Positions 35,491 through 43,615 of a stretch of DNA of 64,000 nucleotides are shown here, piece after piece (within the stretch, counting starts at the first letter, position 1; each line of letters begins with the position of its first letter). The notes beneath the pieces were generated by a model that had not been told where the DNA came from, ran no database searches, and saw nothing but the letters and a program-made list of their open reading frames with translations. The stretch is from NCBI GenBank assembly GCA_947624985.1, contig CANQMO010000012.1, forward strand, positions 19,549 to 83,548. The letters run 5' to 3'. This stretch comes from an uncultured Oscillospiraceae bacterium (GTDB lineage: Bacteria; Bacillota; Clostridia; Oscillospirales; Oscillospiraceae). Position numbers and translations under genes: made by a program.

Positions 35491-37303
35491 ACGGCTGGAA
35501 AAGAGCGTCTGGACGCCCGGTCAGCCCCGCCTGGCCCCGCCCGCGGGGAGCGAGGCGTGGAAGAAACTCCCCGGCGCCGGGCGTCTGCTGGCGGCGGGGG
35601 ACGAGGCGCTGCGCCGGGCGAAAAAGCCGCCCGCCCTGCCTCTGAGCCTGTGGCTGGCCTATACGGAGCGGGGCGACAGGACCGGGTATGAGACGCCCTA
35701 TTTTGCCCGGCGGCGGACGCTGTGCGAGCTTGTCATGGCGGAGTGCGTCTCCGGCCAGGGGCGGTATATCCCCGCCATCGCGGACTATGTGTGGGCCATC
35801 TGCGAGGAGAGCGCCTGGCAGCTTCCCGCCCACAATGTCTATATAAGAGATACGCCGGCGCTGCCCCTGCCGGATGTGAAGCGGCCGGTGGTGGACCTGT
35901 TCGCCGCGGAGACGGGGGCCACGCTGGCGCTGGCGCACATGCTGCTGTGCCGTGAGCTGGACGAGTATGCCCCCGGCCTGGCCGGGCGGGTGGGCGATGA
36001 GGTCCACCGGCGGGTGCTGCGGCCCTATCTCCGCGACCACTTCTGGTGGATGGCGGACACGGACGATCCAAAGGATAAACCTGTCTGCAACTGGACGAGC
36101 TGGTGTACCCAGAACGTGCTGCTGGCCGCGGCGGCGCTGCTGCCGGCCCGGGCCCTGCCTGCTTACGTGAAAAAGGCGGCGGCGGGGCTGGACAGCTTTC
36201 TCGCCGAATACGGCGAGGACGGCTGTTGCAACGAGGGGGCTCAGTATTATGGCCACGCGGCGCTGACGCTCTATAACGCCCTGGAGCTGCTGTGCCAAAT
36301 GGCGCCGAGGGCGCTGGAGAGCGTGTGGGAAGAACCCAAGCTCCGCAACATGGCGGAGTACATCGTACATATGCACGTGGCGGGGCCGTATTATCTCAAT
36401 TTCGCCGACTGCAGCCCCCTGGCGGGGCGGCGTGGCGCCAGAGAGTACCTGTTCGCCAAACGGGTGGGCAGCGAGCCCCTGCGGGCCCTGGCGGCGCTGG
36501 ATGCGGGGGAGGAAGCCCGGGAAAGCCCTGTGGACAACTCCGGGGGCATCAGCCTCTATGAGCGCATCCAATCCGCCTTCGCGGAGAGGGAGATGCTGGC
36601 CGAGGCGGAAAAGCGCAGGGATCGGCCCATCCCCGCCGCGCCGGATATATGGTACCCCAGCGTGGGGGTGCTCTCCGTCCGGCGGGGGGCCTATATGCTG
36701 GGCGCCAAGGCCGGCTGCAACGCCGACAGCCACAACCACAACGACACCGGAAGCCTCATCCTCTATAAGGATGGCCGGCCCCTGCTCATCGACGTGGGCG
36801 TGGAGAGCTATACCGCCAAGACCTTCAGTGACCGGCGCTATGAGATATGGACCATGCAGTCCAGCTGGCACAACCTGCCGGAATTCGACCCGGCGGGTGG
36901 AGCATACCAACAGCTGCCCGGCCCGGACGCCCGGGCAGAGCGGGTGGAGGCAGACCCGGACCTGGGCGGCATATCCATGGACATCGCCGCCGCCTATGGG
37001 CCTGTGCCGGGGCTTGGAACTTACCGCCGCCGGATGGCCCTCACCGACGCTGGCCTTACGGTGGAGGACGTCACCGACTATCCGGGCGCCGTGGCCCTCA
37101 GCCTCATGAGTGCCGAAATGCCGGAGGCGGATGGGGATACCATCCGCTTTGGGACGCTGGGCGAGGCCGTGGTGCGCGGGGCGGACCATATCCAATGGGA
37201 GGCGGTCCCCGTCCGGGATGAGCGGTTGCGGGCGGCCTGGCCGGAGACGATCTACAGGACACGAGTCTATTTCACCGGCAGGGTGAAGATCGAAGTGCGC
37301 TGA
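35480..37303 (+). CDS. Heparinase II/III-like polysaccharide lyase family protein (cytoplasmic)
   Basis: ...NEGAQYYGHA..., GAKAGCNADSHNHNDTGSLILY and ..ESYTAKTFS..RYEIWTMQSSWHN.. match Hepar_II_III-type motifs. No signal peptide. The start overlaps the regulator stop by 11 nt. Confidence 0.75.
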   Translation: MICERLEKSVWTPGQPRLAPPAGSEAWKKLPGAGRLLAAGDEALRRAKKPPALPLSLWLAYTERGDRTGYETPYFARRRTLCELVMAECVSGQGRYIPAIADYVWAICEESAWQLPAHNVYIRDTPALPLPDVKRPVVDLFAAETGATLALAHMLLCRELDEYAPGLAGRVGDEVHRRVLRPYLRDHFWWMADTDDPKDKPVCNWTSWCTQNVLLAAAALLPARALPAYVKKAAAGLDSFLAEYGEDGCCNEGAQYYGHAALTLYNALELLCQMAPRALESVWEEPKLRNMAEYIVHMHVAGPYYLNFADCSPLAGRRGAREYLFAKRVGSEPLRALAALDAGEEARESPVDNSGGISLYERIQSAFAEREMLAEAEKRRDRPIPAAPDIWYPSVGVLSVRRGAYMLGAKAGCNADSHNHNDTGSLILYKDGRPLLIDVGVESYTAKTFSDRRYEIWTMQSSWHNLPEFDPAGGAYQQLPGPDARAERVEADPDLGGISMDIAAAYGPVPGLGTYRRRMALTDAGLTVEDVTDYPGAVALSLMSAEMPEADGDTIRFGTLGEAVVRGADHIQWEAVPVRDERLRAAWPETIYRTRVYFTGRVKIEVR

Positions 37304-37327
37304 GAAAACATACAGGAGGGACAATCC

Positions 37328-38134
37328 ATGCCACAGGAACCCATCAAGCTGAAGATACTGGACGCGGCGGGCCGGGTGCTTCTGACCGCCCCGGCGGCGG
37401 AGCAGGTGAGCCTTGTCTACGCCAACGCCTATGCGCCGGGAGACCGGGTGGCCCTGGAGATCGGCCAGCCGGGGCAGTACTGCGTGGTGCAGTTTGAGGA
37501 CACCATGCCCCCGGCACTGATATACGTGGTCAAGCGGGAGATAAACTTCGCCATCCCCTTTGGGGAGCAGGCGACTGTATATGATCCCAAGAGCTTCACC
37601 GGCTCCTGCCATGTGGTCCGGGCCCGGCTGGCGGAGGCGGAGGAGATCGCCGCCCGGCGGAACCTGGCCTTCGACCCCTACGACGCCCATGGCGACACCG
37701 GGTTCTATCCCCATGCCGCCGCCAATGTGGAGACCCGAGGGGAGGCGGTGTTCGCCGCCCGCAACGCCATCGACGGCATATATGAAAACGACGCCCACGG
37801 CGTCTGGCCCTACCAGAGCTGGGGCATCAACCGGGACCCCAACGCCGCGCTGACCCTCTCCTTCGGCCGGCCGGTGACGGTGGACGAGCTGCGGCTTACC
37901 CTGCGGGCGGATTTCCCCCACGACAGCTGGTGGACCAGCGCCACGGTCCGCTTCAGCGACGGGAGCCGGGAGACCCTCGCCCTGCGCCGGGACGCCGCTC
38001 CCCAGCGGTTCCCCATCGCGCCCCGCACGGTCACGGAGCTGACGCTCTGTGAGCTCATCAAGGCGGACGACCCCAGCCCCTTCCCGGCCCTCACCCAGAT
38101 CGAGGCCTGGGGCACCGAGGCCGGTGCCCGGTGA
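37328..38134 (+). CDS. Hypothetical protein (268 aa), possible beta-sandwich/carbohydrate-binding-like C-terminal half
   Basis: AGGAGGG RBS. ...NAIDGIYENDAHGVWPYQSWGINRDPNAALTLSFGRPVTVDELRLTLRADFPHDSWWTSATVRFSDGS...FPALTQIEAWG looks like a discoidin/CBM-like module. The family is not confidently recognised. Confidence 0.4.
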   Translation: MPQEPIKLKILDAAGRVLLTAPAAEQVSLVYANAYAPGDRVALEIGQPGQYCVVQFEDTMPPALIYVVKREINFAIPFGEQATVYDPKSFTGSCHVVRARLAEAEEIAARRNLAFDPYDAHGDTGFYPHAAANVETRGEAVFAARNAIDGIYENDAHGVWPYQSWGINRDPNAALTLSFGRPVTVDELRLTLRADFPHDSWWTSATVRFSDGSRETLALRRDAAPQRFPIAPRTVTELTLCELIKADDPSPFPALTQIEAWGTEAGAR

Positions 38135-38196
38135 CCGGTGACCCGTCGGGGGGGTAACAGTTCAGAAGTATAATGAAACAGGGAGGACCGAGACTT

Positions 38197-38511
38197 ATGA
38201 TACGCAAGGGTTTCAAAATGAAGCTGTATCCCGGCATGGCGGAGGAATACGCCCGGCGGCACAACGCCCTGTGGCCGGAGATGCGGGATATGATCCACGA
38301 GCACGGCGGGCACAATTACTCCATCTATCTGGACCCGGAGACCAACGTGCTGTACGGCTATCTGGAGATCGAGGACGAGGCGCGCTGGGCCGCGTCTGCG
38401 GACACGCCCATCAACCGCAAGTGGTGGGACTACATGGCCGACATCATGGACACGAATCCGGACAACAGCCCCGTCTCCACGGACCTGCTGCCAGTGTTCC
38501 ACCTGGACTGA
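38197..38511 (+). CDS. rhaM: L-rhamnose mutarotase
   Basis: MIRKGFKMKLYPGMAEEYARRHNALWPEMRDMIHEHGGHNYSIYLD...WWDYMADIMDTNPDNSPVSTDL..VFHLD is near-collinear with E. coli RhaM as remembered. GGGAGG RBS. Confidence 0.9.
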   Translation: MIRKGFKMKLYPGMAEEYARRHNALWPEMRDMIHEHGGHNYSIYLDPETNVLYGYLEIEDEARWAASADTPINRKWWDYMADIMDTNPDNSPVSTDLLPVFHLD

Positions 38512-38566
38512 GCCGGTACGTTTATGCAGCGCTGCAAGGGGCTCGAAAACAGGATCACAGCAATTC

Positions 38567-38616
38567 TGAAGCGAAGCCGTTTTTCGATAAAAAGCTCGAA
38601 AAATGGCTTCGCTTCA
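38567..38616. other. Exceptionally long perfect hairpin (20-21 bp stem, 8-nt loop)
   Basis: GAAGCGAAGCCGTTTTTCGA-TAAAAAGC-TCGAAAAATGGCTTCGCTTC. All positions pair (one G-U). No flanking T-tract on either strand. It lies 56 nt after the rhaM stop, at the edge of the fragment-rich region. Confidence 0.6.
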
Positions 38617-38807
38617 ACCTGGACAACCTCCCCGCGCCGGACGAACTGGCCAGCGACATCACATAGTAGGGCTGATTCGATCTCCATGAGAGCATTCTGT
38701 GAACGAGGTGAGATATGTCCCGCCCTTGCGTTCATAGGAGTGCCGGGGTATAATCGTATGCAGAGAAACAAACATTGTGATTTTACAAGACTTTGGAGGT
38801 CGACCCG

Positions 38808-39218
38808 ATGAAACACGAATGCAGGATCACCGTTCTGGAAACGAAGTGTTTTCCCGAACTTCAGGAAAAGTTCTTGGCCGATCCGAAGTCCGGGCCGTGT
38901 CCCTTTTTCAAAGCCGGCGATACATTTTTGCTGAAACGCACGCCGCAGCAGGATGATTTCTATCACCTGATGAACGGGAAATTCTGCGGCGAGGCATGGG
39001 ATGCCGTGAGCCGGTATGTCTATACGGCCCTGCAAGGCGGATCGATCATGAAGGGCTGGACGAATGACGACCGGATGATGATCGCCTGCTGCAACGACGG
39101 CACGAGGCCCGTGGTATTCAAGATCGAACGGGTCGACATCCCGGAGAACGAGGAAGAACGCGCCTGGCTGGAAAAACAGGATTTCAGTAATTCCGCCGAG
39201 GATGCCTATACGGGCTGA
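38808..39218 (+). CDS. TIGR04076-family small Cys-rich protein
   Basis: GGAGG RBS. MKHECRITVLETKCFPELQEKFLADPKSGPCPFFKAGDTF...FCGEAWDAVSRYVY...MIACCNDGTRPVVFKIERV matches the remembered TIGR04076 pattern (..GPCP....GD.F.....FC..AW..I......CC.DG.RPVVFK.ER). Confidence 0.65.
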   Translation: MKHECRITVLETKCFPELQEKFLADPKSGPCPFFKAGDTFLLKRTPQQDDFYHLMNGKFCGEAWDAVSRYVYTALQGGSIMKGWTNDDRMMIACCNDGTRPVVFKIERVDIPENEEERAWLEKQDFSNSAEDAYTG

Positions 39219-39271
39219 GCCGATCCAGTTCGACGAGTGATGAATGGATCGGGACATATTAGGATAACTAC

Positions 39272-39430
39272 ATGAAGATACAGCAGATACGAAAGGCGCT
39301 TGTGATCGCCACCCATTTGGACAGCGTCAATCACGCTCTGCTGACAAGCGATGACGTCCGGGACTTTGCGCTGACCCATGGGCTCACGCAGGTATGCGTG
39401 CCAAAAAACGGCGAAGTTATAGAAGCATGA
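39272..39430 (+). pseudogene. C-terminal fragment of an MBL-fold metallo-hydrolase-like gene
   Basis: MKIQQIRKALVIATHLDSVNHALLTSDDVRDFALTHGLTQVCVPKNGEVIEA* resembles the last ~50 residues of MBL-fold hydrolases (..ATH.DA.NH..L....L......G......P.DGE.). There is no RBS, and GC content is lower than in the surroundings. Confidence 0.35.
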
Positions 39431-39480
39431 ATCCCCTTCTGCCATAGAACAAGGGCAGACGGCTGCCCGTCAAAGCGGCA

Positions 39481-39515
39481 CCCCCATTCCCGACCAACGG
39501 GAATGGGGGTGTTTT
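39481..39515 (+). terminator. Intrinsic terminator
   Basis: CCCCCATTCCCG-ACCAA-CGGGAATGGGGG is a perfect 12-bp stem followed by TGTTTT. Confidence 0.8.
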
Positions 39516-39524
39516 GCCTGCCCT

Positions 39525-40247
39525 TCACATCTGCTTCCGGTATTCCCTGGGCAGCATATGGAAAAACGTCTTGAATGCCGAGGTGAATTTGCTTTGGCTG
39601 TCATATCCCACTGCCTGGGCGATCTCAGCGATGGTCATATCACTTGTCCGCAGCAGTTTTGCAGCTTGCTCCATCCGGTGTTCCCGAATGTGCGCCGCAA
39701 GTGAGGTGCCGTAGACGGATTTGAATGCGGCCTTCAGGGTGGTGGGGTTGATGAGATATCGTTTGGAGAGTTCTTCGATGGTGATCCGCCGCTCAATATG
39801 CTGCAAAAGTTCGTCATGGACCCGCCGTGCGATCTCTAACGGATCCGACGGGTGCTCTTCCGGGTGTTCCGCCGGGCCATCTTGCTCGGGACAGGTGACC
39901 TCCATCACCTGCTCGATCATCTGGTGGAGAAGCTGGCTTTGGGGGGTGCTGGACGCCCGGTAGTAGACTTCCTTCCCATCCCGGCGGGAGACGATGAGAC
40001 CGCTGTTCCGGAGAGGACGCAGATGGTGGGATACGGCCGGGCTGGACATCTCCATCATGGCGGATATATTGACCACGCACTCCTCACAGTGGCACAGGAG
40101 CCAGAAGATGCGTACCCTGGTGGTGTCACCCAGCTGCCGGAACACCTCCGCCACGGTCTGAAAATGCTCCACGCGGCTCAGCTGCGCCTGTATCAGGGCG
40201 GTCTCTTCTCCCTCTCCGTGCTGGTGAGGCAGGTGGATATGGTCCAT
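39525..40247 (-). CDS. Fusion transcriptional regulator: ArsR/SmtB metalloregulator domain plus AraC-type HTH domain
   Basis: RBS AAGGAG precedes ATG 40247. The N-terminal half is FRQLGDTTRVRIFWLLCHCEECVVNISAMMEMSSPAVSHHLRPLRNSGLIVSRRDGKEVYY (HTH_5 with a Cys-rich alpha3 site). The C-terminal half is ITIEELSKRYLINPTTLKAAFK...IAEIAQAVGYDSQSKFTSAFK (HTH_18). A His-rich N-tail HIHLPHQHG is also present. Confidence 0.75.
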   Translation of the reverse strand: MDHIHLPHQHGEGEETALIQAQLSRVEHFQTVAEVFRQLGDTTRVRIFWLLCHCEECVVNISAMMEMSSPAVSHHLRPLRNSGLIVSRRDGKEVYYRASSTPQSQLLHQMIEQVMEVTCPEQDGPAEHPEEHPSDPLEIARRVHDELLQHIERRITIEELSKRYLINPTTLKAAFKSVYGTSLAAHIREHRMEQAAKLLRTSDMTIAEIAQAVGYDSQSKFTSAFKTFFHMLPREYRKQM

Positions 40248-40425
40248 GCAGTTCGCTCCTTCCTTCCGCATATTTCGCCAAAACAGAAATACCTTTCGCC
40301 CGTTTGGCAGAAGATGTTCCGACGGTCTTGACTTGCGGATTTATTAGCATTATACTGCGGCCATAACGATTAAGCAAGTACTTAAGTGTTGAATCAAAAC
40401 GATTATTAAGTAGGAGGAGTTTTCT

Positions 40426-40644
40426 GTGAAAAAGACGTACAAGATCGAAGTGGACTGCGCCAACTGTGCCAACCTGATGGAGGATGCCGCCCGCAAGACC
40501 GCCGGCGTACAGGCCGCCACCGTCAACTTCATGACCCAGAAAATGATCGTGGAGTTCAGCGAGGGCCAGGAGCCCAAGGCCGTCATGCAGGACGTCCTGA
40601 AGGCATGCAAAAAGGTCGAGCCGGACTGCGAGATATTTCTGTAA
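40426..40644 (+). CDS. Stand-alone heavy-metal-associated (HMA) domain protein
   Basis: GGAGGAG RBS and GTG start. KIEVDCANCANLMEDAARKTAGVQAATVNFMTQKMIVEF has the DCANCA metal-binding variant common at the N-terminus of clostridial CadA-type ATPases. Confidence 0.8.
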   Translation: MKKTYKIEVDCANCANLMEDAARKTAGVQAATVNFMTQKMIVEFSEGQEPKAVMQDVLKACKKVEPDCEIFL

Positions 40645-40741
40645 CACATCGGCCAGGACGGCAAAAGAGGGGGCCCCTTACCCTGCGTCCGGCAGAGTGA
40701 GAGGGCCCTCTTTTTGAATCTAGTATGACAAGGAGCAGATC

Positions 40742-42763
40742 GTGATGCAAGAGATCGTGATAGATATTTTGTTAGCGGTGGTGATCGTGACGGCGGCGGT
40801 GTTCCGGTTCATCATAGGCCCACGCCCGGACAGCGGCATGACCAGAAAGCAAAAGGTCATGCTGACCCGTATCCTGACTGCCTCCGTGATCTTACTGATC
40901 CTCCAGCTCATCCCGGCAGCGCTGTTCGCCCGGCTAGACGAGGCCCTGTTCCCGACGGCCGGACGCTGGCTGCGGTTCGCGTTCTATCTGGCGGACTATT
41001 TCATTATCGGCTATGACATCCTGCGGAAGGCCGTCAAGGGCATCCTGAACCGGCAGGTATTCGACGAGAACTTCCTCATGGCGGTGGCCACGGTGGGCGC
41101 TATGGCTTTGGCTATCTATGAAAACGGCGACTATCTGGAGGCCATTGCCGTGATGCTGTTTTACCAGATCGGCGAATGGTTCCAGAGCTATGCCGTGGGC
41201 AAAAGCCGCCGCAATATCAGCGATCTCATGGATATCCGGCCCGACTACGCCAATGTGGAGCGGGACGGCGCTCTGGAGCAGGTGGACCCGGACGAGGTGG
41301 AGATCGGGACCGTGATCGTGGTACAACCCGGCGAGAAGGTCCCCATCGACGGCGTCATCGTGGAGGGAAGCTCCAGCCTGAACACCAGCGCGCTCACCGG
41401 CGAGAGCCTGCCCCGGGAAGCTAAGACTGGAGACGAGATCATCAGCGGCTGCATCAATATGACGGGCCTGCTGAAGATCCGGACCACCAAGGAATTTGGC
41501 GAGTCCACCGTCTCCAAGATCCTGGACCTGGTGGAGAACGCCAGCTCCCGCAAATCCAAGTCCGAGGACTTCATCTCCAAGTTTGCCAAGATCTACACAC
41601 CCGCCGTCTGCTACAGCGCCCTGGCATTGGCGGTCCTGCCGCCGCTGGTGCGGATGCTGGCCATGGGCCTGTCGGCAGATTGGGGCACCTGGGTCTACCG
41701 GGCCCTGACCTTCCTGGTCATCAGCTGTCCCTGCGCGCTGGTCATCAGCATTCCCCTCAGTTTCTTCGCCGGTATCGGCGGGGCCAGTCAGGAGGGCGTT
41801 CTGGTAAAGGGCTCCAACTACCTGGAGATACTCTCCCAGACCAGGGTGGTGGTGTTCGACAAGACCGGCACTCTGACCCAAGGCGTCTTTGAGGTGAACG
41901 GTATCCATCACAGCGAGATGGAGAACGCGAAGCTCATCGAATACGCCGCTCTGGCGGAGAGCGCGTCCTCCCACCCCATCAGCAAGAGTCTCCAACGTGC
42001 CTACGGCAAAAAGCCGGACCGCACCCGCGTCAGCGATATCCAGGAGATCAGCGGCCGGGGCGTCATCGCCACGGTGGACGGCAGGTCGGTGGCCGCCGGC
42101 AACGACAAGCTGATGGAGCAGCTGCACATCTCCTATATCCCCTGCCACCACGCCGGTACCATTATCCATATGGCTATTGATGGCGCCTATGCCGGGCATA
42201 TCCTGATCTCCGACATCGTCAAGCCAAACTCTCAAAAGGCCATCGCCGCGCTGAAAAATGCCGGCGTGGAGCGGACCGTCATGCTGACCGGCGACGGAAA
42301 AAAGGTTGCCGAGCAGGTGGCCGGGTCGCTTCATATCGATACGGTCTACAGCGAGCTGCTGCCGGCGGACAAGGTGGCCAAGGTGGAGGAACTCCTGCGG
42401 CAAAAGTCCGGCAAGGCAAAGCTGGCCTTTGTGGGGGACGGCATCAATGACGCGCCCGTGCTGTCCAGAGCCGACATCGGCATCGCTATGGGCGCCATGG
42501 GGTCCGATGCCGCCATCGAGGCGGCGGACATCGTCCTGATGGACGACGACCCCATGAAGATCGCCAAGGCTATCAAGATCTCCCGGAAGTGCCTGGGCAT
42601 CGTGTATCAGAACATCGCCATGGCCCTGGGGGTCAAGGCCGCCTGCCTGATCCTGGGCGCGGTGGGCCTCGCCAATATGTATCTTGCCATCTTTGCCGAC
42701 ACGGGCGTGATGATCCTGGCGGTGCTCAACGCCATCCGTTGCCTCTTTGTAAAGAAGCTATGA
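40742..42763 (+). CDS. Heavy-metal-translocating P1B-type ATPase (Cd/Zn/Co-type; specificity not determinable)
   Basis: The CPC motif (VISCPCALVISIP), DKTGTLT, SSHPISKS, TGD and GDGINDAP are present. No N-terminal HMA domain is fused. The start is GTG 40742 or ATG 40745. Confidence 0.9.
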   Translation: MMQEIVIDILLAVVIVTAAVFRFIIGPRPDSGMTRKQKVMLTRILTASVILLILQLIPAALFARLDEALFPTAGRWLRFAFYLADYFIIGYDILRKAVKGILNRQVFDENFLMAVATVGAMALAIYENGDYLEAIAVMLFYQIGEWFQSYAVGKSRRNISDLMDIRPDYANVERDGALEQVDPDEVEIGTVIVVQPGEKVPIDGVIVEGSSSLNTSALTGESLPREAKTGDEIISGCINMTGLLKIRTTKEFGESTVSKILDLVENASSRKSKSEDFISKFAKIYTPAVCYSALALAVLPPLVRMLAMGLSADWGTWVYRALTFLVISCPCALVISIPLSFFAGIGGASQEGVLVKGSNYLEILSQTRVVVFDKTGTLTQGVFEVNGIHHSEMENAKLIEYAALAESASSHPISKSLQRAYGKKPDRTRVSDIQEISGRGVIATVDGRSVAAGNDKLMEQLHISYIPCHHAGTIIHMAIDGAYAGHILISDIVKPNSQKAIAALKNAGVERTVMLTGDGKKVAEQVAGSLHIDTVYSELLPADKVAKVEELLRQKSGKAKLAFVGDGINDAPVLSRADIGIAMGAMGSDAAIEAADIVLMDDDPMKIAKAIKISRKCLGIVYQNIAMALGVKAACLILGAVGLANMYLAIFADTGVMILAVLNAIRCLFVKKL

Positions 42764-42820
42764 TGACAGAGACTGAAAAGTGGGAACGGACCTTCTTGCT
42801 TGAACAAACTCTATAGCACT

Positions 42821-42855
42821 CAGCGGATGGCGCAAGGCCACCCGCTGTTGTTTTT
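42821..42855 (+). terminator. Intrinsic terminator of the ATPase gene
   Basis: CAGCGGATGGC-GCAAG-GCCACCCGCTG forms a 10-bp stem with one mismatch, followed by TTGTTTTT. Confidence 0.65.
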
Positions 42856-42942
42856 CACAGCGGCAGACACCACAGGGGGATGGTGACGCACCCTTCAATA
42901 TCGCGGGCCGGGCGCACATCCGCTTGCCCGCGAGCGGCCCCG

Positions 42943-43488
42943 TCAGATCATGTCGGCCAGCGCCGCCGCTTTTTTGCAGCCGTCAGTTTTATTAATATCC
43001 CCGACGTTCAGCACGCCGGGGACCAGGACTTCTCCCATCATCTTCCACTTGTTCAGAGCGCACATACGCTCCATGGGGATGCGGACGCCGTCCATGACCG
43101 TCATATCATCTTCCTCACAGCAGCAGATCAGCGCGCATTCCTTGCCGGAGATATCCTTGCCGCCCACCACCAGAGAGTAGATCCGGTCAATGACGCCCTT
43201 GATCTGCGCCGGGATGGAATACCAGTAGACGGGCGTGGTGAATACGATGACGTCAGCTTCCAGAATGGCCGGCGCGACGGTGTTGAAGTCGTCGTCAAAG
43301 GTACAGGCCTTCCCGGTGGAATAGCAGGTCTCACAGGCGTGGCAGCCGCCCACATTTTTGAACGCCGCGTCGAAACGTGTGACCGTATGCCCTTTCGCCT
43401 CCGCCGCCTTTATGAAAGCGTCGGTCATGGCGAAGCTGTTGCCGTTTTTGCGGGGACTGCCGGTGATAACAACGATCTTTTTACTCAT
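42943..43488 (-). CDS. Flavodoxin-like fold NAD(P)H-dependent FMN reductase / iron-sulfur flavoprotein-like protein
   Basis: GGAGGTG RBS. MSKKIVVITGSPRKNGNSFAM..., GGCHACETC and VFTTPVYWYSIPAQIKGVIDR are present. GC content is visibly lower. Confidence 0.8.
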   Translation of the reverse strand: MSKKIVVITGSPRKNGNSFAMTDAFIKAAEAKGHTVTRFDAAFKNVGGCHACETCYSTGKACTFDDDFNTVAPAILEADVIVFTTPVYWYSIPAQIKGVIDRIYSLVVGGKDISGKECALICCCEEDDMTVMDGVRIPMERMCALNKWKMMGEVLVPGVLNVGDINKTDGCKKAAALADMI

Positions 43489-43615
43489 AATGAACACCTC
43501 CATATGTTTGCGGGATTGACTTTTATCATGTCCCGCACTATAACTATACTGTGAATGGAACAGAAAACAAGTACGCACATTCAGGTTCAATACTTACCAG
43601 AAGGAAAGTGAAAAG

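Noticed and set aside
38520-38666. Reading ..KPFFDKKLEKWLRFNLDNLPAPDELASDIT* as a fragment of an AraC-type regulator
   Set aside because: The resemblance is weak, and most of this stretch is the 20-bp perfect hairpin, which alone explains the apparent open frame. It was not called as a pseudogene.
39206-39445. 79-aa minus-strand ORF (MAEGDSCFYNFAVFWHAYL...)
   Set aside because: It has no RBS and no family resemblance. The opposite strand reads as the tail of an MBL-fold hydrolase-like gene followed by a plus-strand terminator.
40650-40741. Possible riboswitch or attenuator between the HMA and ATPase genes
   Set aside because: Only two short GC palindromes are present, with no recognisable riboswitch architecture. 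They are mentioned under the metal-efflux finding instead.
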